DNA from: Mobula hypostoma
Taxonomy: Eukaryota
NCBI RefSeq assembly: GCF_963921235.1
Contig: NC_086097.1
Span: 14,694,001 to 14,758,000, forward strand
Reading direction: 5' to 3'
Length of the DNA: 64,000 nt
A model generated the notes under the pieces. The model had not been told where the DNA came from, ran no database searches, and saw only the letters and a list, made by a program, of their open reading frames with translations. The position numbers and the translations under genes are program-made. Shown here piece after piece: positions 24,851-39,190 of this stretch. Each line of letters begins with the position of its first letter. Position 1 is the stretch's first letter.

Positions 24851-27554
24851 TCGGTTTCCCATTCACTCTTAGGTTAAGTTGAGATTCTCAAGCTCATTGT
24901 TCAGTTCCTTGAAAAACACTGAAAGTGAACAGTCAGTCCAGTGAAATTGTAGTTAATTTATTATAGTCACATGTACTGAGCTTGTCTTATATACTGATCA
25001 TGTAGGTCAATTCAATACATAGTGCAATAAGGTGGTACAACAGACCATGGAACATTACAGCACAGTATAGGCCCTATGACCCACGATGTTGTGCCAACTT
25101 TTTAACCTACCTTAAGATCAATCTAATCCTTCCCTCCTTCATAGCACGGCACTTCTCTATATTCCATGTGCCTATCTAAGAATTTCTTAAGTGCTCCAGA
25201 TGTATCTGCCTCTACCACCACCCCTGGTAGGGTGTTCCGTGCACCCACAACTCGCCATGTAAAAAAAAACTCTGATGTTTCCCCCCCCCCCGCCCGTACT
25301 TTCCTCTAATCACCTTACAATAATGTCCCCTCATTTCCACCTTGGGAAAAAGTCCCTGGCTGTCCACTCAATCTATGCCTCTTATCCCCTTGTGCACCTC
25401 ATTCTCCTTCGCTCCAGAGAGAAAAGCCCTAGATCACTCCGCCTATCTTCAAAAGCCATGCTCTCTGATCCAGAACGTAGAAAAAACTGTAAAAGCTACA
25501 AAGAAAGTACAGTGCAGGTAGACAATAAGGTGCAAGATCACAGCGAGGTAGATCGTGAAGTTAAGAGCCCATTTTTAACTTACTAGGGAACCATTCTTAT
25601 AACAGTGGGTTAGAAGCAGTTCTTAAGGCTGTAAGGTTTAATCCAGGAAAAGACCAATTACTGATATAATAATTTCGAGAGAAGCAGGGCTTATTAACGT
25701 AGTGATAGAATGGGTTAGATACCTATTTAGTTAGGTTATCTTGGGTAATGTCATCGAGGCATAGAGCACAGTCTTTTGGCTTTACCCGCTCATCCTGTGA
25801 GCTGGTCCCATCTGCTTGCATTTAGCCCATTGCCCAGAGGTTCCCAACTTGAGGTCATGGACCCCTCAGTTAATGGTAGGAGTTCATGGTTTAGAAAAGG
25901 TTGGGAACGCATACCCCTCCTATCCAGGCGCTTGCCTGGATGGCTTTTAAATCTTGCTAATGTGCCCACCTCTACCACTATTTCATTCCACATATGCGCC
26001 ACCCAGAAACTGCCCCTGGAGTTGCTGTTAAACCCTGAGTCTCTGATCCTAAAGCTGTGCCCTCTTGTTTTTACATCTCCCCACTCCCTAGGATAAAGGT
26101 TTGATTGCTGTGTGTCAAGGATAATGACAGAAAGCGCTTCTTTAAGCAAAAGAGAATGAACATTTAGAATCTTCTTCCCAAAAACTGAGGGTTTGATCAA
26201 AAATTTAAAATTGCATTTGATATACTTTTGTGAAGTATAAGGCTTTAAAAATTTTAGTGGACTTAAAATGCAAATTGGCTATCTTGAATCGGCAGCTGAA
26301 ATGCGGAATAGGTTCTGTATGAGCCAGCTCTGTTATTATGTTCCTATAACACTCCCATTTATTCCATTGTGCCTTCTATTGGTTTCCTGTCTCCAACATG
26401 GTTTCCATTCCCTGCGCTCTCTTACAACGGGCTACTCAATAATGGCCCATTAATTCTGTCAAAGGAAAATCCTGAACTGAAGATCATATGGATGTTTTGG
26501 TATCCCTCCAAACTTGGGGAATTTACCCTTTGCTCTTGAATTGAAGCCTGGTGCAGCAGAGAGATGAAGTGTGGAAGTGTTAACAAGAATGGACTCATAC
26601 TTAGTAGTTTTTTAGGTTGACAAGTATGGTTTTGGGGACAAAGGGGGGAGTTTGGGGTCAGATTAGGGTTTAGGGAGAGGGTAGGCCTCCACTCTGTGCT
26701 CTGCATTTCACATTTGAAGGCCAGTGACGTGGATGCGTGATAAAGGACATCCATGGGCGGATGTCGTGCTGGAAAGTGCTGTGACTGAAGACCAGCGGAA
26801 ACAAATGCCAGGACTCCCCCAGGCCTAGAGTCCACTGAGGTCGATGGGTCCCAGGATCTAAGGTCTGTCCGGGCAGCTGACACGAGGGCTGGTGACACCC
26901 TAGTTTGGTGAGTTGTGAGTCTGGAGATTGAGGCCTGGAGATTGGGATCCTGTTATCAAACAGTCCTGGGATCAATACTGAAAACCAAAACCTGAAGGCC
27001 AATCAGATGTCCAGAGGTCGAGACCCAATGGCAGAAGCCCTGCGTCTGCGAGACTGTAAATCCACCGGGGAAGTCACAGGCTTGATGTCTGTGAGTCCAC
27101 CGGAGGCTGGAGGCTCGGAGACAGTCTGCCCTGGTGTTGGACTGTCTGCTGTGTGAGTGGATGAGAGAGAGAAAAGGAGCATGGTATGCTGCTGCTGTTC
27201 TGCTGAACACTGTGGGCATGTGGTGTTGGTGCCGGAATGTGTGAGGACACTTAGGTCCTGATGCTGGTAACACAAATGACGCATCAACGGTTAAGGTCCC
27301 CCCATCGCCAGGACGTGCTCTCTTCTCAAAGCTACCATGAGGGAGGAGGTGCAGCAGCCTGAAGGCCCGCTCTCAATGCTTCAGGAACAGCTTCTTCCCC
27401 TCTGCCTTCAGATTTCTGAATGGACATTGAACCCTTGAACACCACCTCACTATGTTTCTCGTTTTTTTTGCTCTCTTTTTTCATTACTTATTAAATGTAA
27501 TATTAATTAATTTTATAGATTAGTATATTACTTTGGGTGGTGGGGTGGAGGTGT

Positions 27555-27860
27555 AAGGTGTTCCTTCCCTCCGCCAGCCGGCAGGTCACCTGCTTAGCCC
27601 CCTGATGGGGTCACGTGAAGCCACGGGGGCAGCTGGTGCATACCACAAGTCCAGGTTGTGCGACCAGGCAGACGATCTCTGAGGAGTATTGATAATAGCT
27701 GGGGTCACCCGTCTTGTAAAGATACTGCCCAGAAGAAGGCAATGGTGTACCTCCTCTGTAGGAAAACTGGCCAAGAACAATCATGGTCATGGAAAGACCC
27801 CGATTGCCCCCATCATGTACATCATATGACACGACACATAATGATGATGATGATGATTAT
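27555..27860 (+). mobile_element. RTE/BovB-related SINE, copy 1
   Basis: Collinear with 30296-30680. Contains the gaaggcaatgg motif typical of BovB/Bov-A-derived sequence and a (gat)n tail. Confidence 0.65.
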
Positions 27861-28287
27861 ACTAAATTAACTATATATTGTTATCAGCAACAGGACCTAA
27901 GGGGCAGCCCACAAGTGTCCTCACACATTCTGGCACTGACACAACATGCCCACAGTATTCACACTTACTGTAATTTACTGCTTTATTATTATGTATTGTT
28001 TTGTACTGTTGCCGTAAAACAACAAATTTCATGACATGCTGTATGCTACTGATATTAAACCTCATTCTGACTCTGATTCTGATCTATGCCCCCTAGCTTT
28101 GGAAACCCTACCCCGGGAGAAAGACAGTTATCATCTGCCTTATCTCTGCCTCTCATAATTTTAAACACTTCTATAAGGTTCCCTCTCATTTTCCAACATT
28201 CCGAGGAATAAAAACCTCATCTAGCTAAGCTCTCCCTATAACTGTTTAAAAATCACTAAGCGGACAGCTGGAATCAGCATGGTTTTA

Positions 28288-29615
28288 GTCAAGTCACTTT
28301 TATTGTCATTTCAACCATAACTACTGATACAGTACACAGTAAAAATGAAACAACGTTCCTCCAGGACCATGGTGCTACATGAAACAACACAAAACCACTA
28401 GACTACGTGAAACAACACAAAACTACATTAGACTTCAGACCTACACGGGACTACATAAAGTGCACAAAACAGTGCAAGACAGTATAATAATTAATAAATA
28501 AGACGATAGGCACAGTAAAGGACAAATTGCGATATAATAAATGATGTAAATGTAAACAATGTGAACAATGTTTTAGCAGGAATTGAGGAAGAAATAAGCA
28601 AAAATTGCAAAGGGAGTGGAGTGGTGTTCAGTTGAGTGTGTGTGTGTGTGTGTGTGTTGGTGTCAGACTAGACTGTGGGAATTGAGGAGTCTAATGGCTT
28701 GGGGGAAGAAACTGTTACATAGTCTGGTCGTGAGAGCCCAAATGCTTCGGTACTTTTTGCCAGATGGCAGGAGGGAGAGAGTTTGTATGAGGGGTGTGTG
28801 GAGTCCTTCACAATGCTGTTTCCTTTGTGGATGCAGCGTGTGGTGTAAATGTCTGTAATGGCAGGAAGAGAGACCCTGATGATCTTCTCAGCTGACCTCA
28901 CTATTTGTGTAGGGTCTTGCGATCCGAGATGGTGCAATTTCCGAACCAGGCAGTGATGCAGCTGCTCAGGATGCTCTCAATACATCCTCTGTAGAATGTG
29001 GTGAGGATTGTGGGTAGAAGATGGACTTTTCTCAGCCTTCGCAGAAAGTAGAGATGCTGCTGGGCTTTCTTGGCTATGGAGCTGGTGTTGAGGGACCAGG
29101 TGAGATTCTCCGTCAGGTGAACATCAAGAAATTTGGTGCTCTTAACGACCTCTACGGAGGAGCCGTCGATGTTCAGTGGAGAGTGGCCGCTCCATGCTCT
29201 CCTGAAGTCAACAACCATCTCTTTTGTTTTGTTCACATGCAGAGACAGGTTGTTGGCTTTGCACCGGTCCATTAGCCACTGCACCTCCTCTCTGTATTCT
29301 GACTCATCGTTCTTGCTGATGAGACCCACCACGGTCATGTCATCGGCGAACTTGATGATGTAATTCGAGCTGTGTATTCCTGCACAGTCGTGGGTCAGCA
29401 GAGTGGACTGAGCACACAGCCCTGGGGGGGCCCCCTGCTCAGTGTGATGGTGTTGGAGATGCTGCTTCCAATCTGGACTGACTGAGGTCTCACAGTCAGG
29501 AAGTCTAGGATCCAGTTGCAGAGGGAAGTGTTCAGGCCCAGTAGGCTCAGCTTTCCAATCAGGTGCTGAGGAATGATTGTGTTGAATGCTGAAATGAAGT
29601 CTATGAACAGCATTC
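28288..29615 (-). mobile_element. Rex1/Babar-type LINE, 3' half (contains a (GT)n at ~28636-28657)
   Basis: [38 protein letters not shown] and KKAQQHLYFLRRL. Confidence 0.92.
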
Positions 29616-30295
29616 AAAGGAATGGGAAGTATGTTTGTCAATTTGCTAGAGTTCTTTGAGGAGGTGGATGAAGAAAAACCAGTAGGTAGCATAAACACAA
29701 AAGGTTCTGCAGATGCTGGAAACCTTGAGCAACACAAACAAAGTTCTGGAAGATCTCAGCAAGTCAGGCAGCATCAACGAATGGGAATAACCAGTAGATA
29801 CCATATATTTAGATTTCCTGAGGGCATTGATAAGATGTTATGTAAACAGTAACAGGATAAGATGAGGGATAGGGAATGATAAACAACAGAAAACAGTGTG
29901 TCAGAAAAATTGCCTATTTCATTGTAAAAGAGTAGCTAGTTAGCTGATAAAGAGATCAACGCAGGGGCCTTAATGATTGATGACTAAGATGAAGAAACTT
30001 AAATGCTGCGGAGGGTGCAGAGTCTCCAAAGGGATATGGATGGGTCTAGTGAACGGGCGAGAAGTTGATTTAATGTGGGAAAATATGAGATTATCTTTTG
30101 TGAAATTAAAAATTAAAAGCAAATTATTTAAATTCTGTGAGACTATGAAATACCAACACAAAAAGAATATTATCAGTAACATTCTTTCACAGTAATATGT
30201 TATTTCATTTCCCATTGTGGAAAGTTTATACCCATTCAATTTTGCTCAAAAAGTTTATTGTTAGTTGTACCTACAGTGAATATTTTTGGGTGGAG

Positions 30296-30680
30296 ATACA
30301 TCTCTAACAAAGAAGATGTAAGGCGCTCTTTCCCTCCGCTAGCCTGCAGGTCACCTTTGGGCAAGGTTTAGCACGTTTAACTCCCCCCCTCCCCTACAAC
30401 CAGGGCCATGTGAAGCCATAGGAACAGGTGGTGGGTGGTCGCATTATCAGCTGGTGCATAGCACAGGTCCTGGTTATGTGACCACTGATGTCAGGCAGAC
30501 AATCTCTAAAGAGTATTGATAATGGCTGGGCTCACCCATCTTGTAGGGACATCGCCCAGAAGACGACAATGGCAAACCACTTCTGTAGAAAAATTTGCCA
30601 AGAACAATCATGGTCATGAAAGATCATGAAAGACCATGATTACCCACGACACTTGACACAGCAAATAATGAATGATGATA
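30296..30680 (+). mobile_element. RTE/BovB-related SINE, copy 2
   Basis: Homologous to 27555-27860. Contains caatggcaaaccacttctgtagaaaaatttgccaagaacaatcatgg. Confidence 0.65.
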
Positions 30681-32029
30681 GGGAATATTGGAAGTGACTT
30701 GGGCTCATCCATTAACCAAAGTTGTCCCAAAGCACCTGCTGAAAGTGCTGTTAAATGTGGCTTCAAAATGCAGAAAACTGACTTTAGTTTGTGTGCAACC
30801 GGTCAGTGCCATAACTGGGGCAACTCACAGTGCGGTGGAGCCGAGCTTTAGGGCATTGAGGGGAATATAACAGAAAAAACATAGGGACATAGAGTCATAG
30901 AAAAGTACAGCACTGAAACAGGTCATTCGGCCCATCCAGTCCACGCCAAACCATTTAAACTGCCTACTCCCATCGACCTGCACCAGGACCATAATCCTCC
31001 ATACCCCTACCATCAACATACCTACCCCAACTTCTCTTAAACATTGAAATCGAGATTACATACACCACTTGTACTCACAGCTCATTTCACACTCTCATGG
31101 CTCTCTGAGTGAAGAAGTTTTCCTTCATGTTCCCCTTAAGCTTTTCACCTTTCACCATTAACCTATGACCTCTGATTGTAGTCCCAATCAACCTCAACGG
31201 AAAAAGCCTGCTTGCATTTACTCTATCTGCACTCCTCATAATTTTGTAGTCCTAACCTATTCAATTTTTCCTTATCACTTAGGTCGTTCAGACCCAACCA
31301 CATCCCTGCACCCTTTCAACCTTATTTACATCTTTCCTGTAGGTGAGCAAAACTGCACACAATACTCCAAATTAGGCCTCACCAATGTCTTATACAACTT
31401 TAACATAACATCCTGTCTCCTGTATTCATCTTGCTTTACAACCCTCTCTACCTGTAACGCCAGTTTCAATGAATTATGGACCTGTATTCCCAGATCAATT
31501 TGTTCTATTACACTCCTCGGTGACCTATTGTTCACTGTGTAAGACCTACTCTGGTTGGTCCTTCTGAAGTGCAACACTTTGCACTTGTCTACATTAAATT
31601 TCATCGGTCATTTTTCAGCCAGTTTTTTCCAGCTGGTCCACGTCCTGCTGCAAGCCTTCCTCACTGTCCACTACTCCTCCAATCTTGGTATCATCAGCAA
31701 ATTTGCTGATCCAGTTAACTCCATTATCATCCAAATCATTGATATAGCTAACACACAACAATGGACCCAGCACCGATCCCTACAGCACTCCACTGGTCAC
31801 AGGTCTCCAGTCAGAGAGACAACCATCTTCTACCACTCTCTGGCTTCTCCCACAATGTCTAGTCCAATTTACTACCTCATCTTGAATGCCGAGTAACTGA
31901 ACTTCTTTACCAACCTGAGTAGTGGGATCTTGTCAAATATCTTACTAAAGTCCATGTAGGCAGCATCCACTGTCTTGCCTTCATCAATTTTCCTGGTAAC
32001 TTCTTCAAAAAACTCTATAAGATTGGCCT

Positions 32030-34443
32030 GTGATTGGCCTTCCAGTCAAGATGGCACATGCATACCATGCTCCTTCAGTCAACGTCTTCTGGATAGATCA
32101 TGAAACCACATATTTCTCTTTTTTTTTTATGTCTTTTACTTTTGTTTTTTATCTTGGATGTGATTCTGGAACTGTGGTGCCTGTGATTTGCTGTTTGGAG
32201 ATCGTTTGGGTGTTCCAGCACTCTGCAGTCTCCAAGAGGATTCTGGGAGACAGAGACGAAGAGTGCGAGCCTCATGGCAGGCATGCCGTGGGATGGGGCG
32301 TGAGCTAATATTTTACTCTATTTCACAGATTAAAGTTTCCATTGTTCGTGGAGTAAAGCAATGAGGGAGACTGAAACATTGAGGTGAATTAAATTGACTT
32401 TATTTCTTACATCCTTTATATACATGAGGAGTAAAAATCTTTACGTTATGTCTCCATCTAAATGTGCAAAGTGCAATTTATAGTCATTTATAATAAATAT
32501 TATGTACAACAGGACAGTCAATATGACATAGAAATACAGTTGTATCAACATGAATTAACCAGTCTGCTGGCCTGATGGAAGAAGCTATCTCGGAGCCTGT
32601 TGGTCCTGGCTTTTATGCTGAGGTACTGTTTCGTGGATGGTAGCAGCTGGAACAGTTTGATGTTGGAGTGACTTGGTCCCCAATGATCCTTCGGGCCCTT
32701 TTTACACACCTGTCTTTGTAAATGTCCTGAATCGTGGGAAATTCACATCTACAGATGTGCTGGGCTGTCCGCACCACTCTCTGCAGGGTCCTGTGATTGA
32801 GGGAAGCACAGTTCCCATAACAGACAGTGATGTAGCCAGTCAGGATGCTCTCAGTTGTGTCCCTGTTGAAAGTTCTTGGGATTTGGCGGGCCCATATCAA
32901 ACTTCTTTAACCACCAGAGGTGAAAGAGGTGCTGTTGTGCCTTTTTCACCACACAGCTGGTATGTACAGACCATGTGAGATCCTTGGTGGTGTGTATGCC
33001 GAGGAACTTAAAGCTGTTCACTCTCTCGACCCCAGATCCATTGATGTCAATAGGTGTTAGCCTGTCTCCATTCCTCCTGTAGTCCACAACTAGCCCCTTT
33101 GTTTTTGTGACATTGAGGGAGAGGTTGTTTTCTTGACACCACTATGTCAAAGTGATGACTTCTCTGTAGGCTGCCTCATTATTATTTGAGATTAGGCCAA
33201 TCAATGTAGTGTTATCAGCAAATGTAATTAGCAGATTAGAGCTGTGGGTGGCGACACAGTCATGGATATACAGAGAGTAACAGAGGGGGCTTCAGATACA
33301 GCCCTGAGGGGCACCTGTGTTGAGGGTCTGAGGGGCAGAGGTGAGGGAGCTCACTCTTATCACCTGCCAGCGATCTGACAGGAAGTCCAGGTTCCAGCTG
33401 CCCAAGGCAGGGTGAAGGCCGAGGTCTCTGAGCTTCTTGTTGATCCTGGAGGGAATTATGGTGTTGAATGCTGAACTGTAGTCCAAGAACAGCATTCTCA
33501 CATAAGTATCCTTCTTCTCCAGGTGGGTAAGGATGGTGTGAAGAGCTGTGGCTATTGTGTCTTCTGTCAATTGGTTGTGGCGGTAGGCGAATTAAAGGGG
33601 GTCCAGTGTGGGTGGTAGCAAGCTGCAGATGTAATCCTTGACCAGCTTCTCAAAGCATTTGCTTATTATTGAGGTGAATCCAAAAGGACACCAGTCATTC
33701 AGACATGTTACTTTGGTACAGGAACAATGGTGAATGTTTTGAAGCCAGAGGGCACTCTACACTGGGAGAGGGAGAGTTTAAAAATGGCTGTAAACACACC
33801 TGAGTAAGTGCGCTGGGATGCCGTCTGGTCTTGCAGCCTTGCGACTGTCCACTTGTAGGAAACACCTGCATACTTCAGCCTCAGAGATGACCAAGCTGCA
33901 GGTCACATCAGCGGCTGTGCTCGGGGCGCATCAGTGTTGGCAACATCGAATCAAGCGTAAAAAAAGATTTATCGCATCTGGGAGAGAGGCAGCGATGTTG
34001 GAAACTCCACTGCGTTTAGCTTTGAAGTCTGCGACGGTGTGGAAGGTGAGAAATGGCTGCCTATCTTTTGATCACTGAGTATCACTCTGCTACGCTACTG
34101 GAGAGGGAAGAGCCTGCCGCTGTGCCCTGGGAATGTTGCCCAGGTTTTCTGCATTTTGGATATGGACTGGGACTATAGACTTTTTTTGTCCGGTCTTATA
34201 GTTTATTTTAATTCTGTGTTTTTCACCTGATCTTTTCTCTTTTTTTTTGTACGGGGGTGGGAGGGTAGGGTGGGATTTAGAGGTCGATGTGCTTGTTCTG
34301 TTTTGTTTGTGTTTTTATGCAAGAGGAGGGATTTAGGGGTTGATGATTGTGCTGCCTTTTCTTTCTTGGTTTCACGGCTATCTGGAGAAGAAGAATTTCA
34401 GAGCTGTATACTTTGCTAATAAATGAACCTTTGAACCTTTGAA
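32030..34443 (+). mobile_element. Non-autonomous Rex1-related element with a nested Rex1
   Basis: 5' cttccagtcaagatggc and 3' aataaatgaacctttgaacctttgaa. It interrupts CR1 sequence that resumes immediately afterwards. Confidence 0.55.
32390..34050 (-). mobile_element. Rex1/Babar-type LINE fragment
   Basis: TEDTIATALHTILTHL...[24 protein letters not shown] and ERVNSFKFLG. Confidence 0.92.
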
Positions 34444-34980
34444 GCCTGGTTAGACATGACCTATCACACACAAAGCCAAGCAGACTATCCTTAATCAGTC
34501 TGTGTCCATCCAAATACTAATAAATCCGGTTTCTCAGGATAACTTCCAATAACTTTCTGACAACTGCTGTCAGACTCACTGGCCTGTAATATCCTGGTTT
34601 ATGTTTAAAGCTTTTCTTGAGCAAGGGAACATTGGCTATCCTCCAATCCGTGGGAACACCAACACCCTTGTCATGCCCTGGGGATTTGTCCACACAAATT
34701 TTTCTCAGGACTGCAAACACCTTCTCCTCTGCAATCTGTATAGGGTCCATGAAGTTGATGCTGTTTTTCCTCACTTCTATAGACTCTGTGTCCATCTCCT
34801 GTGTAAATACTCCGTCTCTCCCATCTGTTTTGCCTCCACACATGGATTACCATTCTGATTTTCCAGAGGACCAATTTTGTCCCTTGTAATCTTTTTGCTC
34901 TTAACGTATCTGTAGAATCCCTTAGCATTCTCCTTCACCTTGTCTGCTAGTGTAACTTCATGCCTTCTTTTAGCTCTCCT

Positions 34981-37900
34981 GTTATCATGGGCAACTTTAA
35001 ATTGCACATAGATTGGGTGACTCAAGTTGGTTGAGGCAGTCTTGAGAAGGACTTCATAGAATGCATACTTGATAGCTTTCTTGAACAGCATATTACGGAA
35101 CGTACTCTCTTGGATCTGGTCCTATGAAATAAGACAGGTAAAGTTTGCAAACCTGCAGTTAAGGATCCTCTTGATAAGAGTGATCACAGTATGATTGAGT
35201 TTCTCATACAAATGGAGGGTGCAATAGTTCGATCTAAAACCAGTGTATTATGCCTAAACAAAGGAGACTACAACAGGATGAGGGAGGAGTTGGATAGGGT
35301 AGACTGGGAACACAGGCTATATGGTGGGATGATTGAGGAACACTGGAAGATTTGCAAAGAGATTTTTCACAGTGCTCAACAAAAATATATTCCAGTTAAA
35401 AGCAAGGACAATAAGGTGGGGAGAACAAGCCATGAATAACTCGGGAAATAATGGAAAGCATCAAACAAGCTTTACTGTCACCAGGAGTGGGGGGAAACTG
35501 GAAGGTTGGGAAAACTTTAAAAAGCAACAAAGCGACTAAGCAAGCAATAAAGAAAGGGAAGCTTGAGTATGAAAATAAACTAGCACAAAAAATAAAAACG
35601 GATAGTAGAAGTTATTATAAATATATAAAGTGGAAAAGGGTGGCCAAAGTGAATGTAGGTCTGCTGGAGGACGAGAAAGGGGAGTTGATATTGGGTAATG
35701 AGGAAATGGCTGAGGCTTTGAATAATTACTTTGTGTCAGTTTTCACGGTGGAGGACACAACTAACATGCTGAAGAGAGATGACATAGATGCAATAGGAGA
35801 TTAGGACCTTGATACAATAGCTATCACTAAAAAGGTAGTGCTGAGCAAACTTGTGGGCCTAAAGATGGACAAGTCCCCTGGTCCTGGTGGAATGCGTCCC
35901 AGGGTACTGAAATAGATGGCAGAGGTTATAGTACAGGCTTTGGTGGTAATTTACCAAAATTTTCTGGACTCTGGGCAGGTCCCGGCGGATTGGAAGAAGG
36001 TGAATGTCATGCGACTGTTCAAAAAAGGATGTAGACAAAAGGCAGGTAACTATAGTCCTAGAAACACAGAAAACCTACAGCACAATACAGGTCCTTCGGC
36101 CCACAAAGCTATGCCGAACATGTCCTTACCTTAAAACTACCTAGGCTTACCCATAGCCCTCTATTTTTTTAAGGTCCATGTATTCATCCAGAAGTCTCTT
36201 AAAAGACCCTATTGTTTCCGCCTCCACCACCACCGCCGACAGCCCTTTCCATGCGCTCACCACTCTCTGTGTAAAAACCTTACCCCAACATCTCTCTGTA
36301 AATACTTCCAAGCACCTTAAAACTGTGTCCTCTCGTGCTAGCCATTTCAGCCCTGGAAAAAAGCCTCTGACTATCCACACGATCAATGCCTCTCATCATC
36401 TTATACACCTCTGTCAGGTCACCTCTCATCCTTCGTCACTCCAAGGAGAAAAGGTTGAGTTCACTCAACCTATTCTCAAAAGGCATGCTCCCCAATCCAG
36501 GCAGCATGCTTGTCCTGCCGAAGGGTTTCAGCCCGAAACGTCGACTGGGTTCCTAGATGCTTCCTGGCCTGCTGAGTTCCTCCAGCATTTTGTGTGTATT
36601 GCTCGGTTTCCCAGTAACTGCAGATTTTCTCTTGTTTCTAACTATAGCTCAGTTAGTTTCACATCTGTAGTTGGGAAAATACTTGAAGCTATCATTCAAG
36701 AAGAAATGATAGCATCTGGAAAGAAATGGATCCATCAAGCAAATGCAGCATGGATTCAACAAAGGTAGGTCCTGTTTGACAAACTTACTGAGTTCTTTGA
36801 GGTTATAACAAGTACAGTGGATAGAAAGGAACAGATGGATGCTATTTACTTGTAATGCCAGAAGGTGTTCAATAAGGCGCCGCATAAAATACTTATCCAT
36901 AAGATAAGGATGATAGAGTTGGGGGTGATGTATTAGCATGGATAGAGAATTTGTTAATAGAATGCAGAGTGTTCGGAATCACGAGTGTTACTCTGGATGG
37001 CAAACTGTGGTGAGCGGTGTGCCACAGAGCCTGGCGCTGGGCCCACAACTGTTCACAATATACATTAACGATCTGGAAGAGGGGACTGAATGTAGTGTAT
37101 CTAAGTTTGCTGATGATGCTAAATTGAGTGGAAAGGCAAATTGTGCAGAGGGATATGGAGAGACTGCAGAGAAATATAGACAGGTTAAGTGAGTGGGCAA
37201 GGGTCTGGCAGATGGAGTACAATTTTGGTAAATGCAAGGTCATCCACTCTGTAAGGAAAAATGGAAGATCAGATTATTAATTAAATTAACCAATTTCCCC
37301 CTGGGATCAATAAAGTATGACTATGACTTTGTAAAAGATTGTAGCCCGCTGCTGCGCAGAAGGACTTGGAAATGCTTGTGCATGAATCGCAAAAGGTTGG
37401 TTTGCAGGTGAAACAGGCCATCAAGAAGGCAAATGGAATGTTGGCATTCAGTGCTAGAGGGATTGAATTTAAGAGCAGGGAGGTTATGCTGTAACTGTAT
37501 AGGGTACTGGTGAGGCCACATCTGGAGTGCTAGATGCAGTTCTGGTCTCTTTACTTGAAGAAGGATATACTGACTTTAGAGGCGTTACAGAGAAGGTTCA
37601 CGAGGTTGATTCCAGAGATGAGAGGGTTAGACTATGAGGAGAGATTGAGTTGCCTGGGACTGTTCTCACTGGAATTCAGAAGAATGAGAGGAGATCTTAT
37701 AAAAACATTTAAGATTGCGAAAAGAATAGATAAGATAGGGGCAGGGAAGTTGTTTCCACTGGTAGGTGAGACTAGAACTAGGAGACATAGCCTCAAGATT
37801 CGGGGGAGTAAATTTAGGGTGGAGATGAGGAGGAACTGCTTTTCCCAGAGAATGGTGAATCTGTGGAATTCTCTGTCCAATGAAGCAGTGGAGGCTACCT

Positions 37901-38108
37901 CAACAAATATATTTAAGACAAGGTTGGATAGATTTTTGCATAGTATGGGATAGTAAGAGTTTTTTGCATAGTAAGGGTTACAGGAAAAAGGCAGGTAGGT
38001 TGAGGTGAGTCCACGGTCAGATCAGCCATGATCTTATTGAATGGCGGAGCAGGCTCGATGGGCCGGATGGCCTACACTGGCTCCTATTTCTTATGTTCTT
38101 ATGTTCTT
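34981..38108 (+). mobile_element. CR1 LINE ORF2, decayed, 5'-truncated in the endonuclease
   Basis: ADWKKVNV..LFKKG, SGVPQSLALGP, KFADDAKL, QRRFTRLIP and FSQRMVNLWNSL. (ttcttatg)n tail. Confidence 0.93.
36056..36638. mobile_element. Composite insertion: CR1 3' end (minus, to ~36509) plus PLE terminus (plus, ~36510-36637)
   Basis: Direct repeat taactatag at 36047-36055 and 36639-36647 brackets both parts. Confidence 0.75.
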
Positions 38109-38477
38109 GAAAACAAAAGTTCCCTATATTTGTAATCTTTATCTTTTCTTCTAGCAGGCACATACAAGCTTTGTTCATTTCACTTTTGAATGCCTCCCAC
38201 TTACCAAGTGCACATTTGTCAGAAAACAGCCAGTCCCACTCCACACTTGCCAGATCATTTCTCATACTGTACCAACAAAACTGTCCTTTTCTAATTTAGA
38301 ATCTCAGCCCACGAAGCAGACCTGTCCTTTTGCATATTTACTTTGAAACTAATTGGCATTGATATCACTGGATGCAAAGCGTTCTCCTACACAAACTTCA
38401 GTCACCTGCCCTGTCTCATTCCCTAACAGCAGATCAAGTATCACACACTCACTCATTGGGATTTCTATGTACTGATT

Positions 38478-39190
38478 AACCAATCCTCATAGAGATATCA
38501 GAAGTGGAGAGAGTGAGCAGTTTCAAGTTCCTGGGTGTCAAGATCTCTGAGGATCTAACCTGGTCTCAACGTGTCGATGTGGTTATAAAGAAGGCAAGAC
38601 AGCGACTATATTTCATTAGGAGTTTGAAGAGATTTGGTATGTCAACAAATACACTCAAAAACTTCTATAGTTGTACTGTGGAGAACATTCTGACAGGCTG
38701 CATCACTGTCTGGTATGGAGGGGCTACTGCACAGGACCAAAAGAAGCTGCAAAAGGTTGTAAATTTAGTCATCTCCATCCTGGGTACTAGCCTACAAAGT
38801 ACCCAGGACATCTTCAGCGAGTGGTATCTCAGAAAGGCAGCGTCCGTTATTAAGGACCTCCAGCACACAGGGCATGCCCTTTTCTCACTGTTACCATCAG
38901 GTAGGAGATACAGAAGCCTGAAGGCACACACTCAGTGATTCAGGAACAGCTTCTTCCCCTCTGCCATCCGATTCCTAAATGGAAATTGAACCCTTGAACA
39001 CTGCCTCACTTTTTAAATATATATTATTTCTACTTTTGCATGATTTTTGATCTATTCAATACACTAAACTGTAATTGATTCATTTATTTATTTATTTTTC
39101 TTGTATATTATGTATTGCATTGAACTGCTTCTGCTAAGTCAACAAATTCCACGTCACATGCCGGTGATAATAAATCTGGTTCTGATTCTG
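38478..39190 (+). mobile_element. Rex1/Babar-type LINE 3' fragment
   Basis: ORF 38504..38938: ERVSSFKFLGVKISEDLTWS...KKARQRLYF...PSGRRYRSL. Confidence 0.92.
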
